From NCBI GenBank assembly GCA_963924565.1, contig OZ004610.1, positions 10,230,001 through 10,294,000 of the forward strand: a DNA stretch of 64,000 nt. The letters are read 5' to 3'. The translations under genes and the position numbers were made by a program. The notes beneath the pieces were generated by a model. The model made no database searches, was not told the DNA's origin, and saw nothing but the letters and a program-made list of their open reading frames with translations. Of this stretch, positions 13,134 through 25,351 are shown piece by piece; within the stretch, counting starts at the first letter, position 1, and each line of letters starts with the position of its first letter. This DNA comes from Ascidiella aspersa. Its lineage: Eukaryota.

Positions 13134-16100
13134 TTAAAACGGTTCCTGCGAACTTGTGACCGAGGTAATGTCGGGGTTCTCATTTTCCTCGACGATGACG
13201 CTCTCCCTGCGCGTGACGGCATACGCCCCCGAACTGCTGACGCCCTCGAAACGTTTTCGCTTCTCCAACGCGTTCTGCCATTTCCAGGCGTGTTGTCTTT
13301 GACAGGACGGATCGGCACTTGCCTGATAAATTGGCGGCTCCACACTGCGATGAATTTGAATACATTTTGAAACGCAAGAAGCTTTATTATATAAGGCACT
13401 TGTACCCAAATGCGAAGGAACAGATCAAAGTTTATTTTTGCCGTCTGTTGTTGCCACTCGCAGTAAAGTTTGTCGTTTTGTTGCTACAAAAATTAGTATG
13501 GAAAACAACCGTAGGACGATTTCTGTCACAACTTCAAATTTATGGCGGTTAAGTTAAGCGCAATAATTGAATAATCGTGTGTTCTTTTTCACAGTAAACT
13601 AAACATAACAGGTGTGTCCCCAGATGTCCCAACGGTTGTAGTTTTATAATATATCCCCACGCACTTAAGGTTTTCAAATGATATTGCTATTCAAAGTTTT
13701 AGCAGCACACAACTGGTTTCGTCGCGCGTTTGATCTTTCTAAACCCGAAAAAAACGATTTGTCACTTTCACACAAGTGCAACGGTTTACTGAGTTTGACG
13801 ACGTGCCCTTTAACCGCTAAGTGTTGCGCTGCATAAGATTTTACTGTTTGTTTTGAGTTGTGCATAATCATTAGCATTTCGAAGCGAACAATAAAAAAGT
13901 TCAATAATACGAAAATCGTAACTTATTTAGTAGCAATGAAAATCTTAAAAAAGGTAATTACAGCACCTAGCAATTCCATAATGTAACCCTTTACTAGCTA
14001 AGGATTGTGAAAAGTATGGTACGGTAGTAAAGATCACCTAGTTAAATAAACGGATTTTTATGAGCCTTTGTTATGACATGTCGACTTAAAAGTTTGTCGT
14101 GTGGCTCTTGTTCTAAATCGAGTAAGCAGTCAAAACTTGCAGTCTATAGTACTGCAAATTAAAAATTGATACAATACCTAGAAAGCAACAGTATATAACT
14201 TCTATTAATTTGGTCTACATAAAACGACAATCTTGGTTCACTATTATCCTTGTTAATTGCTTAAACATGGCGTGCCAAAAACTCATAGGAATTTGGGCCC
14301 AAAATACTTTGTAATTTCAGCTTTGGCAAGAATCAAAATCCGGGATATCAGGCGGTTTAGCGTCATTGCTGCTTTTCAGTATGAATCCCACTTAAGTTTC
14401 ACCTGTTACATTGTATCTCCCGAAAGGTGTAGGTGTCCATCGATTCTTTCTCATAAAGCTCCCGGTGCGAGTACATGTGCTTGAGCTCCCACGCCGAAAG
14501 GCCGCTCGTAATCTGCGTGACAAATCCGAAAGCTTGATAAAACACCACACTTCACCAGCTTACTTGGAGAAGGGTTTACGCGCCGTCTTACAACCACTAT
14601 ATTATTATCCTCGTACACACCAATTTTGTTGTTTCTTACAAGTATTTCACACAACCAAGAAACAAGTGATACAATATTCCACCAAAAGATGACGTCATAA
14701 AGTTTCGGCAGAAAAAAAGACAAATTTTGGCAAAGATTGCATTTTGGAGAAAGTCAAGTGAGGAAAATATTCTAATCTTTATACAACCGATATATTCTCA
14801 CAATTATATTTAGTTTTAAATGCACGACGCCTTTGGCTTAAATCTCTAAAAACACGCGCCCTAAAGTTTGGCAAGATTCTTGCGAGCGCGACAAAAATGC
14901 TTTTGTGTTGTTCAAATGGATAAAAAAATAGTTGGGGTGAGCCATGGCTTATGCTCTCCCTCCTGAATCCGCCCCTGACACCAAGCTATATGAGCAAACC
15001 TAAACATTTTAGCACAAAATGTTTTAAATAATAACTATAGAAATGTCCTATGATATCGAAACCGTGCCGATTACCGATGCCAAGTGGTAGTTCGCTACTT
15101 GTTCGAACCAGGCTGATATTTTACCCAAGGAAGGTTATTGAAATACAGCAGGTACAACCGGCGGTAACCAAAATTTTTGGACTCTAAAGCAAAATGTCGC
15201 CTAATAACCTTTAAAAAAGTCATCTAAATGTGGATACAGGGTACCATGCCATGCTTCCCCATTTAAATATACTATATTTAGTGTATTTTTTTACGTAAAA
15301 GCAAACAAATCGAATTACATAAATGCAAAACGTTTTTGCGCTTTGTGGAAACTTTGTTTGGGTTTTGCAATGTTCTTGTCTCTGTGTTAGGCAAATCTAA
15401 TGAGCAAAAAAGCGCTATATATACCATGGCCTGCTGCGCTATGCGACTTATAACCTTCGCAAACAATTTCCATTCATTGTAAAATTATTCTCCCGGCAAT
15501 ATATATATATAACTATATATTTTTATTACAAAGAACAATTTTACAATTGATACAATACCTAGAAGCAACAGTATATAACTTCTATTAATTTGGTCTACAT
15601 AAAACGACAATCTTGGTTCACTATTATCCTTGTTAATGTCTTAAACATGGCGTGCCAAAAACTCATAGGAATTTGGGCCCAAAATGCTTGTACCCGAAGA
15701 CTGGCGAGATTCTGTCAGCCTGGTTTAAAATTTACGCGCTTTTCATAGATGAATCAATCTATGTTGGCCTGCATGGCTTTTGTTGGACCGGCCTCAAGCA
15801 CTAATAATTAACCATCGGAGTGCCGATTTTCGGTAACGACCTTATCAGACGTACGCTAATATTGTTGTTCTTACCAAGTTAATGGCGCTGAAGAGCCACA
15901 GGAAACACGTCTTTTCGGCGCTTTCCATCAGAATACATGATATCGCTTCATCATAGCACCGAACGAACATGGGCACGTACATTCGGTATGCAACCACTAT
16001 GGTAACAAAAGTCACCAATTCGAGGCACAATCTGCGCAAAAATTATTTCATTTATAATTTTGATTTGTTTTGTTTTCCTTGTTTTTCCAGGACCGTTTGT

Positions 16101-19100
16101 CCAGTAGGCCTACCGCGATTTGTTTCTGATGTTTAATGATATAGATTGGTAACGTTATCTGAGGCAGGAGCATTAACCTAACACAACCTTCGTAAGATTA
16201 TTATACACACAATTCCGGTGTGTGCTTTTGATTTGGTTAAATACCGAATTTTAAAAAGTTATGTTTTATTATGAAGATCCATAGCACGAATGGTCAACGT
16301 GCATTCTGCTTTTTGTATTTTTGTTAAGTTTGATTTTGTCTGCTTATGTTGTTAACCAATATTGCCGGTTTCGACTCGAATCCTATCGCTTTTTTGTAGA
16401 ATAAGGTCAATAGAGTTGATAAGCTCCGCGAACATAATAGCATTCATATAAACTGTTGCTACCAGGCATGGTAATATAAATCAAAAACAGCTCCTCTGGT
16501 AATTTTTAATTCTATACCAACGTTTTTTTTATAATAGCATTTATTTAGCAATTCGCGTTTATACTTAATATTGTTAGGGTGCAACACTCACTTTTAATCT
16601 AACTAACAAGTGTATGAAATTGAACTACAAATAGCGAATTTAAATTTCTACCCATGTGTAGGCCTAATGTGTGGCCCCGTGAACAAAGTAAGAAATACGG
16701 CCTTTGGTCTCTGAATGGAAGACCTTCCCCGATCTATATAATACATAAATAAACTATACTTGCCGCATTATAGCTCTAATAGCGGACGACAGGTACACCG
16801 TAAGGCACGGCCAAGTGCAGCCATGCATTGGACAGGCAATGTAATCCTGGCCGATCTCGAACGGCGTCCAGGGCATTACGATTAACCACGGAACGACAGC
16901 CGTGAAGATGCTGAGTACCCAAGCAATCAGGGGCGATATGTTTCCGTTGTACGCCACTCTGTAGAAACGAAAACGATTATGCTAGACCGCGCATCATGTA
17001 TAAACAACCTACATTTACAAGCTACTGAAAATTTAATTAAAACAATCAAGTGGTGTCAATAACGCTATTGATCACCAGACAAGATAGATTTACTCAATGG
17101 TGGTTGCAATTTAGTATATGGAAAAATAAATTTTAAATATGTAGGTAGTTTGCGCAAACCACGTGAGCAATACTGGTGACACTTTTAAGAAAAAACATTC
17201 TTTGCAAAGTTTCCAATATACCGTAAACATGTCGATTGCACCTCGTTCCAGTTGATATCTTCGGTTTCGTTTTCTGACCTAAAAAGTTCCGTAAATAGTT
17301 TAGAACAGAATGCACTTAGGCCTACGCTTAAATTCTACCATTAGAATAAACTAAACAAAATATTTTTTTTCACAAACAAAATCTTATTTTGTTTGTTGTT
17401 TGTGATTTTGCTATTAAATGTCCAAGCTTTATACCTTTGATAAATTGGCTACAGAGTGTTACAAAACACAAAACACTTCTTTGAAAACTTAGGAAAGTTA
17501 TGGTATAATAACCGTAATGAAAGTAATACCGAATTGATCGAATTGCAGCTTGAACACTTACTCGTTTAGCGGCCAAAGAATTGTTCCGTTGACGCCAATT
17601 GTAAAATTGCACTGGATACTTTGTACGTCGTTGGCAAATAATCTTCCCGCAAGTGCTCCGGTTATAATAACCCGAACGATAACGTATACCTGAAGTTGAA
17701 CGATCGACTTTTAATATTATTGTCTTGTAAACTTTATCCGCTTTTCGTCTGTTACTGAAGAAAATTGTCAAAGGTGAAAAAAACGAACTGTGGGCGCACA
17801 AAATGTGGGTAAGCAAGTTTTTTGCACACTGTCATATTTTGTTTGTCAAAACTGAACAGTTCGAAAATCCAAACATATAAAATAAAACGTGATCATCATA
17901 TGTACCGAAGGGGTTGAGTATTACTGGGATTAACAGTAAAGTCTCTGGAGAATTTTCCAGGCTGCGAGTAAAGGTTTTGTGCCATAAAAGCTGTTCTTTC
18001 AAGCATGCCTTTTGTACGTCAGATGATAATCAGTCTGGCCATGCTGGTTATCCAACCGCGTCGTGCATTATTAATTAAAAACAACGTCTAAAACGAAATG
18101 ACCACTCTCGCATGTTAAAAATTCATGTCTAATCTTCTAAACGTGGTGCTAATATCTGAATATATTGCCCTTGAGCATTTTTATTATACCCATAGACATT
18201 TGAAGGGGAGTTCGTTGGCCTATAAACCGGTTATATTTTACGGAGGTATTATTACGTTGGCATTTGAACGAACGAAAACGTTTTTCTTCGTCCTACTATT
18301 CGGGCTTTTTGCTTCGTGGCGGTATCGTCTAATGGAGGAGGCGTTGAAAATGCTAATACACTTTTCGTGTCATCCGCCACCGCACGCGCAGTGATGTCTG
18401 TCGCGCGCATGATCTGGCTTGTTTGTACAACACTAATTTACATTTCGCTTGATACACTTAGGCGAGGTGTTTAGGGATATTTTGTTTTCAGTCGTTTCAA
18501 AAATGTTTGTTTAAATAAAACAAAAGCAATTTACAGATAAGGTATTTGATTTTCGTCGACGTTTTTAATCTAACGTATGTTTGGCAAACGTTCCCTTGCC
18601 TTTTATTGTTCAACTCGGCTATCATCGACATGTACGGCTTTTGTTTTGGTCTTATAATGCACATTTTCGCAAATATGCGAAACTAAATACTTCGATCACA
18701 GTTTGTCATCGTGTATATGTTATCATTACGCATACCTAACCAACAACAACTACGCCATACCATAAACTGGGTGTAGCCGACCAAATGGCAGAGACTGAAC
18801 ATTCCGTTGACCAAAAAGTTGTTGACCAACACACGAAGAACGATGTCGACAACACTGTTGTTTTCTTCTTCTTCGAGGTCAGCAGCTAACTTTCCTAACG
18901 GTTTTTGACATTTAGTTTCTGTGCAAAAAAAAAGATTTAATCTTACGCCGTGTGATCGATCAGCAACTGCGCAACATGTTGCCTTTGGGGAAACATTTAT
19001 CTGACTGGCGAGTCGCTTATTTGATTTCTGCAACACTCCATTTTACATTTAACCACGGAATCTATTTATAACTTTGCTTTTGTACCATTCGATTAAAAAT

Positions 19101-22100
19101 ATAAAAACAAGTAAAATCTATTTGGTATAGTAAACAGTTAAACGTTTATTCAGACCGCTTTTAAACGAGTAGTTGTTACACAAAGTACACCACAAGATTT
19201 TTTTTGCAAGCTTATTTTGTCTTGACTGCGACGCAAAAAAATATTATCATTTGATAAAGAAGAGAATAGTAGGGAACGGAACATCGATCAAATTTATTTT
19301 TTAAACACGCTCTTTAGAAATGACCGTTGTATATTAAATGGTAATGTTGACCGCTTATTCATAACAAGCGCCTTACATATAAAAATACTTTTGGATGCCT
19401 AATTTTAAAAAAAATAAATAACCTAGTCGTTTTTGTATTCGCTAATAATTTCACCGGTGACTGGTCTGTTGCTTGGGATCTAACTAAAATAATCTCTGCA
19501 CCTTCGCTTGGACTTTTCAATGGCTAAACGTAAACCGTCCGAATACGTTTGCCCTTCACGTCGTTTATGCGTTCTGTACAAACATTTTTCGCGTTTCTGC
19601 TGTTGCGTATACGCCACGGTTTCAACTGTTATCGAAACTACTCTTTGTCTCTTCGCGACTTAATGCCGTGTCACCGTTTAGGTACAACTTATGGAATACA
19701 ACCAACGGTTCGGAGAAAAACAAGGCAACGGCAAAATGAATCATTACGGAATGCCCCTAATCTCAAAACGCATTGTTCTACAGTATAAACCGACAAAGCC
19801 ACACCAGAAAAAAAACATTTTCCACTGAAGAACGGGAAATCAGTCGATGTATATAAGCTTCTGGCGCTAAACCAACCGACCACTTTTCAATACCAAATCA
19901 GTGAAAAGCGTGACGAGCGCTCGTTCGTCCTTCGGAATTCTCCATGTGCCAAATTACGTCAATGAAGAATTTTTTATCCCCACTTGTCCAATTTGCCGCG
20001 ATTCTTGAGAATTCCGGTGCGACTTTACAATGTTTTCTGCTGTTTCGTCACACTCCGAATGCGCCGTTACGTCAGCGATGCCCGTCAAACCGAGCTAATC
20101 CCACTTTGCTTGAGCCCCTTGCGGTTTCACGGAGAAACGCGTTTCATTCTTGCTGCTCTAAGTGTTTTTCACACTAGTTTTGTAACTGGAATCTTAATAG
20201 TGAACCATTAACTTTGGAAAACAATTCACGTTTTTTTAGTAATTTCAATAAAAACATTAAAGCCATAGTATTCTATAAAATCGACTCACAGACGTTTCAG
20301 CAATACCTCACGCCATCATCAGTGTGAACCATTAAATCCGTTAAAACATTATAAATGTTTCTTCTTTATAACAAAAAGCAGCAATGAAATGCGTCTTTTA
20401 CCAGTCAGCTTTTTGATTAAAAAAATCTGACTTTAAAAAAAATAAATCTGACTGAATCGAGTTGAAAACATAACCTTTACTGAAGAGACTATTTGTCTGC
20501 GTAAGCAATGATCAGACTTGGTAGTAAACTAGTGCCATGTAATTGAACACAAACAGTTGCTATATAAGTGTTTGGGACCACACAGTGCTGCAATGTGCCC
20601 TTATCTTTTTAAGCCCTTGAGGAAAGATTACTGCGATATGTGATCCTGGGCGCTTCCCAATAAGTTCGCGTTGTTTCTTGTAAAGTTTTGCGTAGTGCTG
20701 TGCGAGAATCCGTCTTACACAAACTCTGGCTGATAAACAAATGTCGCCGCTGTCTATTACCTAACCCTAAAACTACGCAAGTGGGCAGGACCTTTTTAAA
20801 CACGACCCGTGACAAGGGTCGCTTTGAGTGACAAGCATGTATATATACAGGGTAAAGCATGTCTAAACTTCCGTGTCGCAGGAGCGACTCTTTTTAATTT
20901 CAACACAAAAACATTCCGGTTTCAGTGGAGTACTGTGAAAAACTTTTTCTCTAAAAGTGGTTTTGTTGTAAGCCTTATCCCCCGAAGTATTTTATAAGTG
21001 AGATTGATTCCCAATTATTGTCGGTCAAATTGGCGTGTATACGTACGGGTAATGCGAAACCGCGCTAGTCCATAGGGATTTGACATGTTGCATTTAAGTT
21101 AATTGCTGCTTATCGACAGTGATACAGCCACAAGCCACCTCGTTTTTTTAAGCAATGTCGCTTCCATCCGATCTACTAGCTAGTGGCTGTCCAGAGCTTT
21201 TAACCAGTAGGACACCTATTTGTTTAAAACGTTACATTTTTTCTGTTTTGTTAAATTTAAACATTATAAAACGTTAGTTTAAGAAACCGTTTGTCCTAAG
21301 CCTATAATATGCATTTTACTAAATCAGTAGGCCTACCGGTTGGTTCACTTGTCGATTTGAAACCTTTTTGATAGTTATTTCTTCACGATTTACTATAAAT
21401 TATACCCAAACCTGTTTTCGCATGTTAGCATTTACTATCTTTAAGAATACCATCTTTATTTTTTTACCGAAACAATTTTTGTATCTTTAAAAACAAAAAA
21501 CAAAAACATTTGTAAAAATATTTACTTTTCAGTTTTGAGCATAATATCCGCAATTAAAATTATTAGTTTAGCAGAATTACGTTGCCTAGTTTTGGGAAAT
21601 TCTTACGGTTTGCATAGGCAAATGACGCGTTTTTGAAAAAACAATTTTTGAAATGTTTTATTTCGCTGTCATTTTACTGTCAACATACTGATGAATATTT
21701 GCGGTTTCTTAAATTTTCAAGTTTGTGTTAAGTGCGTTTTGCTTTCTTCTAAAAAGTTACTATTTTTTTTAAAGGAGATCACGTTCTTATGCCCAATGGT
21801 AGGCAATATTTCGGTTGAATCGATACGTGAAGCTTTATCATTTTGGGGAAAAAGCATTCCGTATTTTGGTAAATGAGACAAAAAAATTTTTATTTTTAGC
21901 AGTATTTCGTCGTCTATCTCTTTTGCCTAAGTTTTGATAATTTCGTTAATGCAAATGACCAAATACTTGAATTGCACGATATTTACCTGCATCAGTTTCG
22001 TTATGTGTTTTCTGTTCACATCTTTGTGGTTTTTCTTCCGAAGTTCGGCCTCTCCCGCCCATTTCCGTTAGGTTGTGTGTGGTGGAGGATTTCTTAGTCG

Positions 22101-22113
22101 ATGTAAATCCCAT
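13134..22113 (-). CDS. Divergent connexin-like (gap-junction family) protein, 8 exons, about 380 aa, four extracellular Cys
   Basis: Hand-assembled exons (-): 22113-21987, 18918-18761, 17689-17562, 17278-17222, 16958-16764, 16031-15875, 14512-14403, 13344-13134. All phases are compatible, total 1143 nt, six GT-AG introns and one GC-AG. The translation shows connexin landmarks in order: CHLVGYTQFMVYVIVRVIITGALAGRLFANDVQSIQCN (cf. STxxGKxWLxVLFIFRILxLGxAxExVWGDEQSxFxCNT), TCLRVAYNGNISPLIAWVLSIFTAVVPWL (cf. CYDxxFPISHxRxWVLQIIxVSTPxL), TVYLSS..RLCLE (TM3 Y..RxxxE) and RC..SCILMESAEKTCFLWLFSAINLITSGLSAWELKHM (cf. CxISRPTEKTxFxxFMxxxxxxxxxLNxxELxHL). Exon 1 is the least certain. Confidence 0.82.
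14164..15685. repeat. About 140-bp near-identical direct repeat (14164-14305 and 15545-15685) flanking connexin exon 7
   Basis: AATTGATACAATACCTAG...ACTCATAGGAATTTGGGCCCAAAAT is present twice, differing by one indel and two substitutions. Confidence 0.92.
16032..16763 (-). other. Non-canonical GC-AG intron (connexin intron 5)
   Basis: Donor ATGCG|GCAAGT and acceptor TTTTTGCGCAG|ATTG. Only this junction keeps the TM3 R-x-x-x-E motif in frame. Confidence 0.75.
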
Positions 22114-25100
22114 TGAGCTATCGATTGCTCGAAACAGATTGGCTTTAAGTCGTTGGGTTAGACCGCTGACGAATTCCACTTCGTGTCACCTAGTTAATGT
22201 AGTTTCGAAGCTTTAACCTAAAGGGTATTAAATTAGAATCTGGGGATAAATGTCACAATAACTCAATTAGTATTGACCGATACTTCAACATTTGTATGTC
22301 CAGGAAGTTAACGTCCATTAACACACAAATAGTTATTGAAATTTAAGGTTATACTGTCGTTTTAATTTCGAAAACGCCTGGTAAAATTTAATGAAAGCCC
22401 TTAGGTCAATGTATGACGTAAAATTCCGTGTAAGAAAACTGCCTCCTGTGGCCTTATCCGGCCCGCCAGTTTAATTCTTCCGGCCCAACGCATATTTCCT
22501 TTATGATCTCAAAATATGGTTATTAATACTTCTTTAGGTAAATGTTTTTCTCATGCAAATCCACGCTAGATTTTGAGAAATTTAATCTTAATATGCAGGA
22601 CACTATATATTTTTGAAAAGCAAAATTATGTAATCTTCGGTAAACCATGATCATGTCCAATTGCTTACGACTTATGTATAATCCAGCCTGCGATCTTTAA
22701 TCCTCGCAGTTATACATCCCTTCATAAGAAACGTTTGGTGACCCCTTACATAAAATGTTAGTCCTAACAAACTCCACTAATCATAGCCTATAATATACAA
22801 TAGTTTAGAAATTACTATCGTTCCAAGCGGCACTTGGCAATCTCTCGGAAAGTTGCACTTCTACTTAAAAATCTTTTATAGAAGTTAAAAAAACATTTTA
22901 CGTTATATTTTTTGTGGGCGTAATAGCATAAATGATACAAATCTAATATTATGTTCGTACATCTCTTTTCGGTAGAAAACTATGACTCTACAGTGTCGTT
23001 ATAAAAATTCTGGCCAACGTGATTTTTGTCTTAAGATTTTATTTTCATTCAGCTTGACGTTATTCTGAATACTACCAACACTTGAATTACTAAATCGCGG
23101 AGATATTAGTATTATAAATAATTAGCTGTAACAAAAACGAACCAGTGTTTTGTCTTATATTTAACCGATGTGCGAAGGTTCTTTATTTTACACTAAATCT
23201 AAAGTTGTAAACGCCAGTTACAAGGTGTTCATTATTTATAAACCCACAACAGACGACTAGCTCAGTGAGATTACTGGTATATCGTTAACTGCACGTTGGC
23301 AAACTCGAGCTAATGCATCTACCAATATAGTTTCTCCTTATCTTATGTAAAACACTGTCAACACTACATGCCTAATGGGTAATACAAGATCATTTTTCCG
23401 CATCTATTATTAAAATTACGCAAAGTGCAACCATTACATCGTTGATTGCTCGCCATTTAGTTTGGGAGGTTTAATCCTAAATTTTAATATAGAACTGCAT
23501 TTGGTCCTTAACTCTTTCATACTTGCAACCAATTTTAGCCGTTTTTTTGGCAGGCTTTTGTTATTAACTGTAAACTTAATTTTAAGCTTACCCAATTCAT
23601 GTGTTGCATTTTTGTACTAACAAAATTACTGCTTGTTACGGGGAATAAAACGCTAGTCACGTTCAATAACCAATGTCAACAAGATCCGGAGTCATACAGA
23701 GTGGCCTTAAAATCTAATTCTTGCTTTAAAGGTGACAATATCGATCTGACACGTTGGTGTTGTTTTTTTTTGTTTGACAGTTGATTTGCTCTGTTACTGG
23801 AAAAGCCTGGTGGCACTTTTGAATGGTTCAATCATAAATAATTAAGCACTGTGTTTGCTATTAGTTTTTAAACCGACAACTCTGACACAGTGCGTCTCTA
23901 TTGATTTCATCCAGATGGCGTTGCTTGAATTACTCGAAATAGTCGTCATTTTGGCTCTGGGTCAAGTTTTGCTTTGCCAAGGGTGCGAGTCTATTTAAAA
24001 TTTTGCAATCAAATTATTCGCAATGGGGCCAGGGGTTCGTGCTCGGAGTTGCAATCGATTATTTTATGTACAACGAATGAAAAAATGATAACTTAAAAAT
24101 GTACATTTACGCTCATTCACAAAAAGTTTGCATATTCACTTGTTGGCAAATATATTAAAATATAAAGCTGTAGAACTATAGCATTTAACCTATACCGTTT
24201 TTTTTAATTATTTTCCAAACTTTGCAAATTCGTCTCACGTTTTCTGGCCGCGCAACAACTATTGGTTTTAAAAAGAAAATATTTTGCTCTATATTTTTAA
24301 TGAGACCAAAAATGAAATAATATAACTTACGGCAGCCGCAAAAACAGTTAAGTTGATTTTCCTAACCTCCACACGAGACGTAAAAAATCTTCACGTATAG
24401 CACTACCGGTACGTGTTCCACAGGTTGAGTAACACTGTTATTCATCTAAGAGCGAACCATAAACATACTTAAACGATATTTTAAAGCCTTTTTATATAAT
24501 GTATTTTATGTCACCATTTAAAAAATAGACCTACTAGCCAACAAATATCCCGTTTACCAAATTGTGTTTTATACTTCTGAACAATTTTCTCTTCCGATTT
24601 AAGCTAAACTTAAATCACGTTTCCAGTTCGCGAAAAGCCAATTAGAAACAAAAACGATATAGATAAAATCCAACTGCTAGCAAACACGATACCAAAAAAG
24701 GTCAACCAGTATCCATATGTTAAGACCTCCTCACCACTGTCTTTTTCCCTGATTAATTTGGCGCAACATCTTTACATACATGTCTGGCAAAAAGCACATT
24801 TCCTGACGGTTAACCTCAAAATTCTACAACACCGGTCATGTCTTGCCACAAACGGTCTATTGATAATGCCTTATCTAAACATCACCTGAACCTAAATAAC
24901 ATTGATAAATGTCGGGGTCGTGTGTGCACTTAGGCATTATCTTACATGCGTCTCTGATACGATTGCAATGTCCTTACCAATCGATACTGAGAAATGCGAC
25001 TCGGGTGAAAAACCTTCACTAGTGTGTTGTTAAATAATTATTTAGTCTAAAAAGTTGAGCTGGTGTGTCATTTTGTGCTGCTTGCAATAGTATTCTTAGT

Positions 25101-25345
25101 GAATGGTTTACTTTTCAGGAGCATTGGTATACTTACTATTAATTTGTAGCATCATGTTTATTGGAAAGAAAATGCACATTACAAAGAAGGTTAAAATAAT
25201 CCATATTTGTAAAAACAAAAGCACATAAGAACATATTTACCATTGTTCGTCTCATCCTTTGCCATCCGTTCAGTTTTGAAACACCCATCATAACAACTAA
25301 TAGAAGTAAGTGGTGTAACTGATTCGTTTTATTTTAATATACATT

Positions 25346-25351
25346 TTTATT
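25346..25351 (-). promoter_or_regulatory. Candidate DUOX polyadenylation signal AATAAA
   Basis: TTTATT on the + strand about 780 nt past the DUOX stop. Not unique in this AT-rich region. Confidence 0.3.

Noticed and set aside
15845-16957. Initial reading of the hydrophobic minus-strand exons as a class A GPCR, including a TM5-like string FILPCLVATVYMNAIMF at ~16430-16480 preceded by TGA
   Set aside because: The flanking exons assemble in phase into a connexin with ordered family motifs. The TM5-like string is stop-bounded and lies within intron 5. There is no evidence for a GPCR pseudogene or selenocysteine.
17370-17816. Longest ORF in the track (148 aa) outside the three obvious genes
   Set aside because: It is an alternative-frame read-through over connexin exon 3 and intron sequence, with no protein-like features.
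13134-22113. Possibility that the TM gene next to DUOX is DUOXA
   Set aside because: No DUOXA motifs were found (e.g. NITL, YNExF, ALEKGLPxPxLYxAE). Topology and motifs fit a connexin.
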